Shown here: piece by piece, positions 38,660-47,771 of the stretch
How positions within the stretch are numbered: the stretch's first letter is position 1
Layout of the letters: each line of letters starts with the position of its first letter
NCBI GenBank assembly: GCA_963804975.1
Contig: CAWDSG010000002.1
Span: 341,015-405,014, forward strand
DNA from: an uncultured bacterium
GTDB lineage: Bacteria > Patescibacteriota > Minisyncoccia > Phycocordibacterales > GWA1-40-21
Reading direction: 5' to 3'
DNA: 64,000 nt
Notes under the pieces: model-generated
The model's input: the letters and a program-made list of their open reading frames with translations, nothing else
The model's database searches: none
What the model was told of the DNA's origin: nothing
Program-made: the position numbers and the translations under genes

Positions 38660-39388
38660 TTAACGCTTATTATATCTATAAATATTTACTTTCTGCGAAG
38701 ATGAAGCTGTGTTGAAAACCTGTCTCTCTGTATTTGTTGCATGCATTCCAAACGGCTGTATTTGATGCGCTTTTAAAACCGTCTGCTCAAGAAGATTAAC
38801 CTCCCTCTGTTCCCCGTCGGTTTTGTTGGAACCGATTTTTTGAAGAATGCCGGCATGCTTGTTTATGGATTGATTGAAAAAGTTATTGATATTGTTTCTA
38901 GTCGGCGTTGTTGTGGCCATAAATCTCATATTATTATCAAAAGCATTTACATTCCTGCTGAAATTCTGCTCGATTTGCTGCCTGTATTTTGGTGTTAATT
39001 TATTTTTATTCGCAAGCGTTTCCGCTTCGTTCAATCTGCGCACGGCTTTTTCCGCGTTCCATGAAGCTTTTTCTACCGGAGTAATAGCTAAAGCATCGCG
39101 CATCGGCTCGGTGACATTTACTTTTATGGGATAAAGCAGATCGCCGGGTACAGTGCCTTCGGCTGCGTATGTAAGAGTTCCTCCGGCTATGACAAAAATC
39201 AGCAAAGAAGCGAGAGCGTACGCAAATGATTTATGAATGCTGAAAAAATTCCAAACATTTACCTTTGGCATATACGGAGAAAGAACAGGAGTTTTCATTA
39301 CTCGTTCAAAAATAATATTTTTCTCATCTTTTGTGAGATTAATATTTCTGATTTCTTGTATTGCTTTATTTATTCTGTCTTTATCCAT
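38660..39388 (-). CDS. anti-sigma-like membrane protein (DUF5667-like)
   Basis: Cytoplasmic N-terminus, one TM, extracytoplasmic 'PGDLLYPIKVN' then helical repeats; sits directly downstream of ECF sigma gene. Confidence 0.5.
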   Translation of the reverse strand: MDKDRINKAIQEIRNINLTKDEKNIIFERVMKTPVLSPYMPKVNVWNFFSIHKSFAYALASLLIFVIAGGTLTYAAEGTVPGDLLYPIKVNVTEPMRDALAITPVEKASWNAEKAVRRLNEAETLANKNKLTPKYRQQIEQNFSRNVNAFDNNMRFMATTTPTRNNINNFFNQSINKHAGILQKIGSNKTDGEQREVNLLEQTVLKAHQIQPFGMHATNTERQVFNTASSSQKVNIYRYNKR

Positions 39389-39399
39389 ATATTTATTTT

Positions 39400-39921
39400 T
39401 TATTTCATTTCGTGAAATTTTTCCCGTAATTTTTCAAGGCCTCTCGCAATGCGGACCGAAACGATGCTTGCCGTAATACCTAAAACGGAAGCGATTTCCT
39501 GAGGCAAGAGGTCTTCGGCAAACCGCAGATACAGAACATCTTTATATATCGGTTCAAACGTCTCTATTTCTTCAAGTATCATCTTTGTTTCTGCAGAAGA
39601 TACAATATTTAAATGAGCCTGTTCGTCGGCTGGTTCAAAAATACTCCCCGCATCCTCTTTGTCTATAAGCGCATCCAACGATTCGGATTTTTTCTTGCGA
39701 TACCAGTCAACGATCCTGTTGTGCGCGAGCGTAAACAAATAAGCTCTTTCTTTTCTGATTTTTTCGCCTGAATTCTGTGCTTTCCAAAGTTCGGTAAAAA
39801 TATCCTGCACAATATCAATTGCTTTTTCTCGGTCGGAAACCCGCAAGAAACAATATCGAAAAAGCGAATCTGCCTCTTTTTCGTATATTTCCGTAAATTT
39901 TTGTTTTATATGTACTTCCAT
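39400..39921 (-). CDS. ECF-type sigma-70 family factor
   Basis: 'DIVQDIFTELW ... AYLFTLAHNRIVDWYRKKK' region 2 and 'YKDVLYLRFAEDLLPQEIASVLGITASIVSVRIARG' region 4; 173 aa. Confidence 0.8.
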   Translation of the reverse strand: MEVHIKQKFTEIYEKEADSLFRYCFLRVSDREKAIDIVQDIFTELWKAQNSGEKIRKERAYLFTLAHNRIVDWYRKKKSESLDALIDKEDAGSIFEPADEQAHLNIVSSAETKMILEEIETFEPIYKDVLYLRFAEDLLPQEIASVLGITASIVSVRIARGLEKLREKFHEMK

Positions 39922-40095
39922 AGATTATGACGTATAAACAGGCCTGTTCTTTCAAGAATAATGAATTAAAAATAATAATACAATAAATAATTCGCTATGT
40001 CCATGAAAGAGTTGTATAATTGAGACGTCTTTATTTATGTAGATAGAGTATGTCAAAACGCCGTCTACTATTAACAATCTTAATTTATAAATATT

Positions 40096-41022
40096 ATGAA
40101 AACAAAAAAATTACTCAATTCATTTGTTGTTCTCTCGGTTCTTTTTGGCTTGGTTATGGCAAACACAGCGCTTGCGAACGATAATGGCCAGAATAATTCC
40201 CAGAATAAACCTGAAAAAGTGAATAATAACGGAGGTTTTTTGGGCGGACTTTGGAACGGCTTCTTAAATCGCACAAAAGCCAGCGGTAATAGCAATGCCG
40301 AAAGAGCAAATATTATTTCAGGCATGGTTTCTTCTGTGAGTGGCAACACGATAACAGTTTCTGTTGTGGAAAGGAAACTTCTTAATGTCCCGGCAAATAG
40401 ATATTTCGGTACGAGTACGAGACAGGAATATGGTTCAAGTACAAAACCGATGTTCGGTACGAGTACGAGGCCGGAATTTAATAAAAATATGAAGCCGGAA
40501 ATTTCAACAAGCACTGTTTTGTACTCGGTAGATGCGACAAACGCAAAAATTTACGAAGGCAGAGCGACGACAACGGTTTCAAATATAGCTGTCGGAGATG
40601 TGATTTGGGTTCAAGGCAAAGTGACAGATCAGAATGTGGCAGCCAAAGTGATATTAGTTATGGCAAAAAATCCTATTCCTAAAAAAGGAAATGAAGGGAA
40701 AAATAATCAATTTATCGGAGATGGCCAGCCGATAGTGGCAGGAACGATTTCTTCAATAAGCGCTTCCTCACTGACAATTACAAACAGCGGAAATAATACC
40801 TATACAGTTGACATAACGAGTGCAAAAATATTCGAAGGAAATAAAACCGCTTCATCATCGGATTTGGCAGTCGGCGATGCGGTAGTCGTCCAAGGCACTG
40901 TGAATGGGACTTCAATTACTGCTTCAAGCGTCATTGGCCAGAATGCAAAAGCGGAAAAAGGAGAATCAATGGGATTTTTCGGATCCATCGGCTCATTCTT
41001 CTCCAGATTATTTAAGTTTTAA
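40096..41022 (+). CDS. secreted repeat protein (DUF5666-like beta-rich repeats)
   Basis: Signal peptide 'MKTKKLLNSFVVLSVLFGLVMANTALA'; three repeats of 'G.V.S.SGNTITV ... VGD.V.VQG.V'; internal tandem 'FGTSTR(Q/P)E'; divergent from ECF sigma gene. Confidence 0.55.
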   Translation: MKTKKLLNSFVVLSVLFGLVMANTALANDNGQNNSQNKPEKVNNNGGFLGGLWNGFLNRTKASGNSNAERANIISGMVSSVSGNTITVSVVERKLLNVPANRYFGTSTRQEYGSSTKPMFGTSTRPEFNKNMKPEISTSTVLYSVDATNAKIYEGRATTTVSNIAVGDVIWVQGKVTDQNVAAKVILVMAKNPIPKKGNEGKNNQFIGDGQPIVAGTISSISASSLTITNSGNNTYTVDITSAKIFEGNKTASSSDLAVGDAVVVQGTVNGTSITASSVIGQNAKAEKGESMGFFGSIGSFFSRLFKF

Positions 41023-41037
41023 TCCCGATTGAAAGCT

Positions 41038-41075
41038 GTTGACAAAAACCCCGAGGTTAAACCTCGGGGTTTTTC
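41038..41075. terminator. GC-rich palindromic unit acting as bidirectional terminator (copy P1)
   Basis: gttgacaaaaaCCCCGAGGttaaaCCTCGGGGttttt; convergent genes on both sides. Confidence 0.8.
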
Positions 41076-41121
41076 AAAAGCAAAGATTGAACGGTTATAT
41101 TTATGTATTTTTTCATATTAT

Positions 41122-42288
41122 TTAATTATTTTTTATGGTGAATCCGAAAATAATAAGACCTATTATGACAACGATGCTTCCGGCAATAAGCGCTGTGTTA
41201 TCGCTGTACTGTTGCCAGACAAATCCTCCGATAATGCCGGAGAAAAGCGCTCCGAAACCGACAACGGCGTTCAGATATCCGTATGCTTCGCCTTTATATT
41301 CTTCTCCCACAAGCTTTGATACTTGCGCTCTTTGTGTTCCGTCCGTAAGCGCCGCATTGGTGCCAAGCAATAAAAATCCCACGACAAGCACAGCCAAAGA
41401 ATGGGAAAAAATCAGCACTATATATCCTAATATGAGCATAAGATAGCCGGTAAAAATAACTTTACTGTTCCCTATTTTATCAGCAATCTTTCCGGCAGGC
41501 GTGGAAAAAATCGCATAAGAAATATTATAAATCATATAGAAAAGCGGAATGGAGGCGATTAAAAATCCGAGATCTTTCGTCTTGAAAAGAAGTATGGCGA
41601 CAGGAAGCGAGCCAAGCGACAGGATAAAAATCGCGAGCAGATAAATTTTGAAGGAAAGCGGAAATTTATATCCGGCTTTTGCGATTGTTTTTCTGCTTTC
41701 AGCCAATGTCTTCACTTCGCTGACGAGCGCCAAGCTGAAAACAGCGAGAATTCCGATGACAAATGCCGTCATAAAAACCGTATTGAAAGCATTCGGATTT
41801 TTCAAAAGTATTAAATATGCTACAAGCGGTCCGAAAATCGCGCCGAGAGTATCCATAGCCCGATGATAGCCGAATGATTTGCTCATTTCCTCCGGCGCCG
41901 CCGAAATGGAAATAAGCGCGTCTCGCGGAGCATCACGCAGTCCTTTGCCGATTCTGTCGGTCAGGCGCAGACCGATAACGCCTCCTACGCTACTGACCAA
42001 TAAATAAAATGGTCTTGTCAGAACAGATAAGCTGTAGCCGATGACGGCAAAAATTTTCTTTTTGTGTATTTTGTCCGACAGGCGTCCGGAATATATCTTC
42101 ATAAAATCCGATGCGGCTTCAGCCAACCCTTCCACAAGCCCCAGAGATTCAGCTCCGGATTTGAGAACTGAAATAAAAAATGCCGGCAATACGGAAAGGA
42201 TCATTTCTGATGAGAAATCGTTGAAAAAACTCGTAAGTCCGAGAAAAAAAACATTTTTCTGCAATCCGAAAATTTTATCTTTTTTCAT
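41122..42288 (-). CDS. MFS transporter
   Basis: 388 aa, 12 predicted TM, 'GRLSDKIHKKKIFAVIG' MFS loop 2-3 motif. Confidence 0.8.
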   Translation of the reverse strand: MKKDKIFGLQKNVFFLGLTSFFNDFSSEMILSVLPAFFISVLKSGAESLGLVEGLAEAASDFMKIYSGRLSDKIHKKKIFAVIGYSLSVLTRPFYLLVSSVGGVIGLRLTDRIGKGLRDAPRDALISISAAPEEMSKSFGYHRAMDTLGAIFGPLVAYLILLKNPNAFNTVFMTAFVIGILAVFSLALVSEVKTLAESRKTIAKAGYKFPLSFKIYLLAIFILSLGSLPVAILLFKTKDLGFLIASIPLFYMIYNISYAIFSTPAGKIADKIGNSKVIFTGYLMLILGYIVLIFSHSLAVLVVGFLLLGTNAALTDGTQRAQVSKLVGEEYKGEAYGYLNAVVGFGALFSGIIGGFVWQQYSDNTALIAGSIVVIIGLIIFGFTIKNN

Positions 42289-42333
42289 CCTATTTAGAGA
42301 CAGATTACAATCGTTGCTGTTTTCTTATTAAGA

Positions 42334-42879
42334 TTATTTAGTAAAATTAAAAGTATTCATAATTTCTGAAATTTTTGTCGCATCTGGACTATTACTATAA
42401 TCCGTAAAAGAAAAGTCATAACCGTCATGTATAGTAATTATTGAATCACCACGAAAAACTGCTTTCCCAATATTATAAAAATCTTTTTGAGTAACGGGAA
42501 AATTACTTCCAACGGCTATGTTTTTTAAGTTGGCAAATAATTCATCATTATTTTTTACTGTAGTTGTCGATACATCCAGAATTCTTACATTATTAAGTTC
42601 TCTAATATAATACTCGCTAACAAAAAATCCTGCTCTAGGACTAGAAACTTTTAACACATCAATATGCATATTTTGCGGATATTGGAATGAAAAACCATAC
42701 TGATTATTTGTGTAGGTTTGCCAATTTGAAGTACTTGATGCAACGTTATTATTTACACCAACAGGAACAACTGTCGATGCTTTTTTACTTGAATAAATAT
42801 AAATGCCACTACCAACCACTAAAATTGCAATAACTGCTAATAAAAGAGGAACAATAAAACCTTTTTGTGAGTTTTTCAT
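42334..42879 (-). CDS. membrane-anchored hypothetical protein
   Basis: 181 aa, N-terminal TM. Confidence 0.45.
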   Translation of the reverse strand: MKNSQKGFIVPLLLAVIAILVVGSGIYIYSSKKASTVVPVGVNNNVASSTSNWQTYTNNQYGFSFQYPQNMHIDVLKVSSPRAGFFVSEYYIRELNNVRILDVSTTTVKNNDELFANLKNIAVGSNFPVTQKDFYNIGKAVFRGDSIITIHDGYDFSFTDYSNSPDATKISEIMNTFNFTK

Positions 42880-42987
42880 AGATAAATAATATCACAATAA
42901 AATTGAAAAATCATTGGCATGTAATATTATATGATGTGGATAATAAAAAAAACAGGATTGCTCATAACAATCCTGTTAATTCTTTCC

Positions 42988-43596
42988 TTAAAATACTGTT
43001 GCGTATATCGTCCATGTTTGCTCTAGGGGACCCAAACCCTGTTTCCCCCAACTGTGAATTGCTAGTATTTCTGCGATAATATCACAACTGAGAAAAATGT
43101 CTTTTGCAACTGGGCTTACCTTATCGTTTAATAACAAAGCAATGCCATATACCGCTCCAGCACTAAGAGGACCGCAAATAAACCCGAGATCTTTTTCCAT
43201 CAAAAATTTAGATATGGGATTCATTTCGTCCCAATTGCCATCAATGGGCTTGCCAAAACCATATATAGTTTTTTTCTGATAGACCAACTGAGTACGTCCA
43301 TCACCCAAATATTCACTGCTAATAAGTATCGTTTGATATCCAATTGGCTGATTGGCTAAGGTGTATGCATAAACATCCAATTGATTCATTACAACCGACT
43401 CGGCAAGTAAAGCCAATGATATGTTACTAATGCCTTTTCTATCATCTTTACTAATTCTTGGTTGCTGAGTGAAACAATTTGGAAGATTCAAGCGGCCCTC
43501 ATATTCGCTGATTGGGCTAGCAAAAGCAAACGAATTTTCGCTTACGAAAATAATCGAAATGACAGCAAACAACAAAACTGTAACAATGAACTTCAT
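42988..43596 (-). CDS. secreted hypothetical protein
   Basis: 202 aa with signal peptide. Confidence 0.45.
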   Translation of the reverse strand: MKFIVTVLLFAVISIIFVSENSFAFASPISEYEGRLNLPNCFTQQPRISKDDRKGISNISLALLAESVVMNQLDVYAYTLANQPIGYQTILISSEYLGDGRTQLVYQKKTIYGFGKPIDGNWDEMNPISKFLMEKDLGFICGPLSAGAVYGIALLLNDKVSPVAKDIFLSCDIIAEILAIHSWGKQGLGPLEQTWTIYATVF

Positions 43597-43702
43597 GTGT
43601 GCACCCGCCTTTCTTTTCTTAGTGATGCAATATGTTAATCCTGAAAACTAATTTCATAATATCATGTTTAATAATTAAAGTCAATAGCTTTATAAATATA
43701 AT

Positions 43703-44302
43703 TTACATCCCAAGCATCGCCTCAAATTTTGAATATACTTCCTTCACAAGCTCGCCTGATTTCGGATTATTCCAATCATGCATCCATTCAGAAACTAAAG
43801 AAAGAAGTGTTATCGGCACAACGCCGACCTGAAGCATTCTTTTTATTCCGAATTCATGGGCCGCTTTTGAAGCGTCTCCTGCGGCATCCATAAGTCCGTA
43901 AACTTCATAACCTTCTTTTATGGCATGCATCGCGGTATATGCAAAGCACATGCTTGTCCACAAGCCGGAAATCACCACTTTCTTTTTTCCTGATGCTTTC
44001 AATGCTTTGCGTATCGGCTCTTCTTCAAGCGCGTCAAAGCTCGGCATCTTGCGGTCAAAAATTTCTTGCCCCGGAAAAATATCCGTGATATCTTTCAGGA
44101 AATTTCCGTTGTATTTCGGACTGATGACCGAGAGCAATACGGGCACATTGAGAATCTTCGCCGCTTTCGCCGCTCCGATAGCGGCATTCCTGATAATCGT
44201 CCTGTCTCCGGAGCTGACTCCTTTGAACATTGCCGGCTGATAATCCACAAGGAGAAGAACGCTGTTTTCCGCGCTCAAAAGTTCTAGTTTTTTGTTTTCC
44301 AT
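43703..44302 (-). CDS. isochorismatase-family cysteine hydrolase
   Basis: 'VLLLVDYQ' ... 'VVISGLWTSMCF' (catalytic Cys) pattern; 199 aa. Confidence 0.8.
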   Translation of the reverse strand: MENKKLELLSAENSVLLLVDYQPAMFKGVSSGDRTIIRNAAIGAAKAAKILNVPVLLSVISPKYNGNFLKDITDIFPGQEIFDRKMPSFDALEEEPIRKALKASGKKKVVISGLWTSMCFAYTAMHAIKEGYEVYGLMDAAGDASKAAHEFGIKRMLQVGVVPITLLSLVSEWMHDWNNPKSGELVKEVYSKFEAMLGM

Positions 44303-44360
44303 ATTATTTTAGTTAAATTGATAAAACAAAACTGCCTAAATTATATCAAATATCTTATTC

Positions 44361-44849
44361 CTATTTTACATCAAAAGGCAAAATGGAAACCAAGACATTA
44401 TCTATATAAATTCTATTTTCATATTTCCCTGCCGAAACAGAAGGGCCGTTTCCGCATCCGCCGAAACCGCCCGGCTTAAGTTCCATGGGGAAAACTGCTT
44501 TTGGCTGAGGATACTCTTTTGTAGCGGGATTATAAATTGCGGTAGAAAAACTGCCGCTAGGAATATCTTTTTTAACATCCAGCGAGATGCAGAATTGGTC
44601 TTTGGAAAAATCAAAAACGGTTGTTTCTTGAGGCGCTTGCCTGACTCCTATAGGCGCTTTTCCCAAAGTGATCGGACCGGAAAAATATTCATTGAACTTC
44701 GCCTGATTTATTTGTTCCGATGTTTCTGAAGAATTTGTCGACGGGACATTATTTGCTGTTTCGTTTTGATTTTTAGGATGAAAAATTATCAAACCAGCAA
44801 TAATTACAAGGAGTATTATTATAATAATCAGCAAAGCTTTATTTTTCAT
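44361..44849 (-). CDS. membrane-anchored hypothetical protein
   Basis: 162 aa, N-terminal TM. Confidence 0.45.
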   Translation of the reverse strand: MKNKALLIIIIILLVIIAGLIIFHPKNQNETANNVPSTNSSETSEQINQAKFNEYFSGPITLGKAPIGVRQAPQETTVFDFSKDQFCISLDVKKDIPSGSFSTAIYNPATKEYPQPKAVFPMELKPGGFGGCGNGPSVSAGKYENRIYIDNVLVSILPFDVK

Positions 44850-45161
44850 ATTAATTTAAATTAAGTTTATAATTGACCTTCGCTTATTATATCACAGTGT
44901 ATATTAAAATAATATATGAAACTGCAATTATTTTTGCCGGCACAAAAGAACACAGTTTAGAATAAGCAGAAATATAAGGCCAATTAAGGAAACCGCTTGC
45001 ACACTATTGATGCTGGCAAATCCTTCATCAAGACCGTTATATAAAATCCAAAATATGAAAATTACATTCCCGATTAATGCAATAGGTTTGAATAATTTCA
45101 TAATGTTATTATATCAAAATTGCGAGATGACTGTCTGAAATGGTAAAAAACAATAAATTGG

Positions 45162-45644
45162 TCAGACTTCTTCCACCTCATGCAAATCTTTACCGATAAT
45201 CTTTGCTGAATAATTAGGATCTGACGGCTTGTCAAAGATAAACTTTCCTTTAAATTTCTTTCCTTTCAAAAGAAGCGGTAACCAGTATGCATCGTCAGAC
45301 CACATTTCGGAAAACGGTATTTTGTTCACATCAAACCATTGTGGTTTCATTTCCTCTGTTTCTTGTGGTTCACCACGAAATTTTTTAACAATAAAAATAT
45401 GTGTTTCAAGAATTTTTTGATCAAGTAAATATTCAAAATCAAGAATTCCAACTCTGGTAATCTCCAAAGCTTCAATCCCTGCCTCTTCTTTCAATTCTCT
45501 AATCGCTGCCATTTCAACTGTTTCTTGCTCTTGTAACTTACCGCCGAATCCATTCCATCTTCCCGCTCCGAAACCGCGCTTTTTCATACCTAAAAGTATT
45601 TTAGGGTGTTGATGTATAATGCACAGCGTCTGTTGTTTTTTCAT
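45162..45644 (-). CDS. NUDIX hydrolase (MutT-like)
   Basis: Nudix box 'GGKLQEQETVEMAAIRELKEEAGI'; 160 aa. Confidence 0.85.
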   Translation of the reverse strand: MKKQQTLCIIHQHPKILLGMKKRGFGAGRWNGFGGKLQEQETVEMAAIRELKEEAGIEALEITRVGILDFEYLLDQKILETHIFIVKKFRGEPQETEEMKPQWFDVNKIPFSEMWSDDAYWLPLLLKGKKFKGKFIFDKPSDPNYSAKIIGKDLHEVEEV

Positions 45645-45682
45645 ATTAGATTAGAAAGTATAACAAAACTAAATTTAATTTG

Positions 45683-45753
45683 CTGCGGGGCTTGGAATCG
45701 AACCAAGATACCAGCCTCCAAAGGGCCGTGTCCTACCGTTAGACGATCCCGCA
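45683..45753 (-). tRNA. tRNA-Gln (anticodon UUG)
   Basis: Reverse complement UGCGGGAUC GUCU-AACGGUA-GGAC A CGGCC-CUUUGGA-GGCUG GUAU CUUGG-UUCGAUU-CCAAG CCCCGCA G folds as cloverleaf; U1-A72 and G73 typical of tRNA-Gln; one A-C mismatch at 7-66; CCA not encoded. Confidence 0.8.
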
Positions 45754-45912
45754 ATAATGAAACAAGTTAAAGGATACTTGAAAATCAAGGTTTTTTCAAG
45801 CTGTTTTTGCATTTGTCTTATATTGGGTAATGGATTATAATATAGGCATTAATAGTTTTAATAAATAATCAGGCCTAAAACATTTTGATTACAGAATGTT
45901 CGGCTAAAAAAT

Positions 45913-46167
45913 ATGGCAAATAAAAATTCTGCGTTTATGAAGCCTTTGAATGTAAGTGCTGACCTTGCCAAGGTAGTCGGCGCCGGCCCGATGCCGAGAT
46001 CCGAAGTCGTAAAAAAGCTTTGGGTTTATATCAAAGGAAAGAATCTTCAGGATCCGAAGAATAAGAGAAATATAAACGCCGATGCAAATTTGAAAGCGGT
46101 TTTTGGAGGCAAGGCGGTGGTCAATATGTTTGAAATGACCAAGCTCGTCTCAAAGCACTTATCATAA
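45913..46167 (+). CDS. SWIB/MDM2-domain protein
   Basis: 'MPRSEVVKKLWVYIKGKNLQDPKNKRNINADANLKAVFGGKAVVNMFEMTKLVSKHL' matches the SWIB/MDM2 pattern closely; 84 aa. Confidence 0.8.
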   Translation: MANKNSAFMKPLNVSADLAKVVGAGPMPRSEVVKKLWVYIKGKNLQDPKNKRNINADANLKAVFGGKAVVNMFEMTKLVSKHLS

Positions 46168-46190
46168 ATCTGATAATAATGAATTGAAAA

Positions 46191-46226
46191 AGAGGATTTT
46201 CGCTCTGCGAAAATCCTCTTTTTAAT
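46191..46226. terminator. bidirectional rho-independent terminator (SWIB gene / dnaX)
   Basis: Perfect 13-bp stem agaggattttcgc / gcgaaaatcctct, 3-nt loop, T-run. Confidence 0.85.
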
Positions 46227-46238
46227 ATTTCTTAAAAT

Positions 46239-47276
46239 CTATTTTCCTGAATCTATCAATCTGTTCAGTACCAGTTCAAGCGGCAGCTCCGGAATATAGG
46301 CCTTTGTTTCCATGTCATAGTATGACAAAAGCGTAAGTAAGGTATCGGAATTAATCTTTGAGGGTTTTTTATCGGCAAGGTTTTTTAAAAATACAAAATC
46401 GGTATCGGTCATTTCTTCTGCAAGCTTGTCAGCTGAACTTTTCAAATTTCTCAAAAGCAAAACTGCGCGCATTTTATGCAGGATCAGTTTGAAGTATAAA
46501 AGCATATCAATGTTCAGTTCCGTTGCCTGCCCGATTGCTTTCAATCCGATTTCAAGATTATTTTCATCTATCGCTCTTATGAAATCATTCACTAGTTCGG
46601 CCCTCGGCGCGCCTGCGACAAGCTCAACTTCAGGAAGCGTGATTTTATTGTCTTTTGACGCGCTCATAACTTTTTGCAGAATGCTCTGTGCGTCGCGGAA
46701 AGAACCATCGCCGAGAAGTGCAACAAGCTCGCATGACGCGCTGTCTATGCTGAATTTCTCTTTTTTTGCGATTGCCACCACAGTATCTTTGAGCATTTTT
46801 TGTGTCGGTTTCCTGAATGAAAATGTCTGGCATCTTGAAATAATCGTCTCGGGAATCTTGCTCGGTTCTGTCGTGGCAAAAATAAAAATGACATATTTGG
46901 GCGGTTCCTCGATTGTTTTCAAAAGCGCGTTCCAGGCCTGTTTTGAAAGCATATGAGCTTCATCCAATATATAAACCTTGTATTTTGACTCATATGGAAG
47001 AGTGCTGACAGATTCGTTCAGGGCGCGGATATCATCTACGCCGGTATTTGAAGCTGCGTCAATTTCAACAATATCGATTGCGGAGGTGCCGATTTCTTTT
47101 GCAAAAATCCTGGCAACGCTTGTTTTGCCTGTGCCTCGACTTCCAGAAAAAATATAAGCGTGGGCAATATTGCCGAGTTTGATACTGGATTGCAGAACCT
47201 TCACGATATGATCCTGCCCAAAAATCTCATTGAAATTTTTAGGGCGATATTTTCTGTATAAAGCTGTTTCCGACAT
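46239..47276 (-). CDS. dnaX: DNA polymerase III gamma/tau subunit (short form)
   Basis: 'YRPKNFNEIFGQDHIVKVL...HAYIFSGSRGTGKTSVARIFAKEI' AAA+ clamp-loader motifs; 345 aa. Confidence 0.8.
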   Translation of the reverse strand: MSETALYRKYRPKNFNEIFGQDHIVKVLQSSIKLGNIAHAYIFSGSRGTGKTSVARIFAKEIGTSAIDIVEIDAASNTGVDDIRALNESVSTLPYESKYKVYILDEAHMLSKQAWNALLKTIEEPPKYVIFIFATTEPSKIPETIISRCQTFSFRKPTQKMLKDTVVAIAKKEKFSIDSASCELVALLGDGSFRDAQSILQKVMSASKDNKITLPEVELVAGAPRAELVNDFIRAIDENNLEIGLKAIGQATELNIDMLLYFKLILHKMRAVLLLRNLKSSADKLAEEMTDTDFVFLKNLADKKPSKINSDTLLTLLSYYDMETKAYIPELPLELVLNRLIDSGK

Positions 47277-47340
47277 ATTGGCTAGATTATATCATTTTAT
47301 TAAAATTACGGAATCCAAAACTAATTTTTAGACAAAAAGA

Positions 47341-47390
47341 AAACCGACCCACCTCTCTCTCGTTAGAGTTTGAAGGGTCGGCTTTTATTA
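47341..47390 (-). terminator. hairpin with U-tract (minus orientation) about 65 nt upstream of dnaX
   Basis: accgaccc / gggtcggc stem, loop with inner ctct/agag pairing, minus strand continues uuuucuuuuug. Confidence 0.45.
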
Positions 47391-47394
47391 ATGT

Positions 47395-47760
47395 TACACT
47401 AGGTCATAATGGAAACCTCCGGTTCCGTGCGAAATGAAACAGGTATTTACTGCACAGACCAATTAAGGTCTGTTGGCAAACCCGATCAATTGATTATTTA
47501 ATCGATTTTGATCTGTTCGCCGGGCCCCGGATTAGGCGATGGGGATGTCGGTCGCGCTGCTGGTCGTTTTCTTCCCAATAAAAATGGACTTCACGTCGAG
47601 ACTTCCTTCAAAGAACTGGGTCGCACGGCTTCTTCTCCTTTTGATTGGATCCAGCACATCTGTTCCAGATCCTCTCATTGAAATTGGTCCTGCAATAAAA
47701 GGATATCACCATTTACATTTTTTGTCAAATGTTTTGTAATGTTTTTCTGTGGATTACTCA
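47395..47760 (-). ncRNA. candidate structured ncRNA in GC-rich island (class unresolved)
   Basis: GC about 60 percent over 47515-47600 versus about 35-40 percent elsewhere; no convincing ORF; terminated by hairpin at 47341-47390. Confidence 0.25.
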
Positions 47761-47771
47761 GAAATACGGCT

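Noticed and set aside
40011-40029. Shared 12-mer TAATTGAGACGT upstream of the DUF5666-like gene (40018) and ppdK (61221)
   Set aside because: There are only two occurrences and they overlap -10-like TATAAT/TTTAAT hexamers. This could be a promoter discriminator motif, but the evidence is too thin to call a regulatory site.
41029-41319. Track ORF of 96 aa starting MKAVDKNPEVKPRGF
   Set aside because: It starts with TTG and its first 15 codons are simply a read-through of the palindromic terminator unit. The rest overlaps the MFS transporter gene on the opposite strand. Most likely not a gene.
47395-47760. Calling the GC-rich island tmRNA or RNase P RNA
   Set aside because: No GGUUCGAnUCC T-arm-like 3' end and no tag-peptide ORF ending in ..AA-stop. 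No GGAAAGUCCGG / ACAGAACCCGGCUUA P4 motifs. Left as an unclassified candidate.
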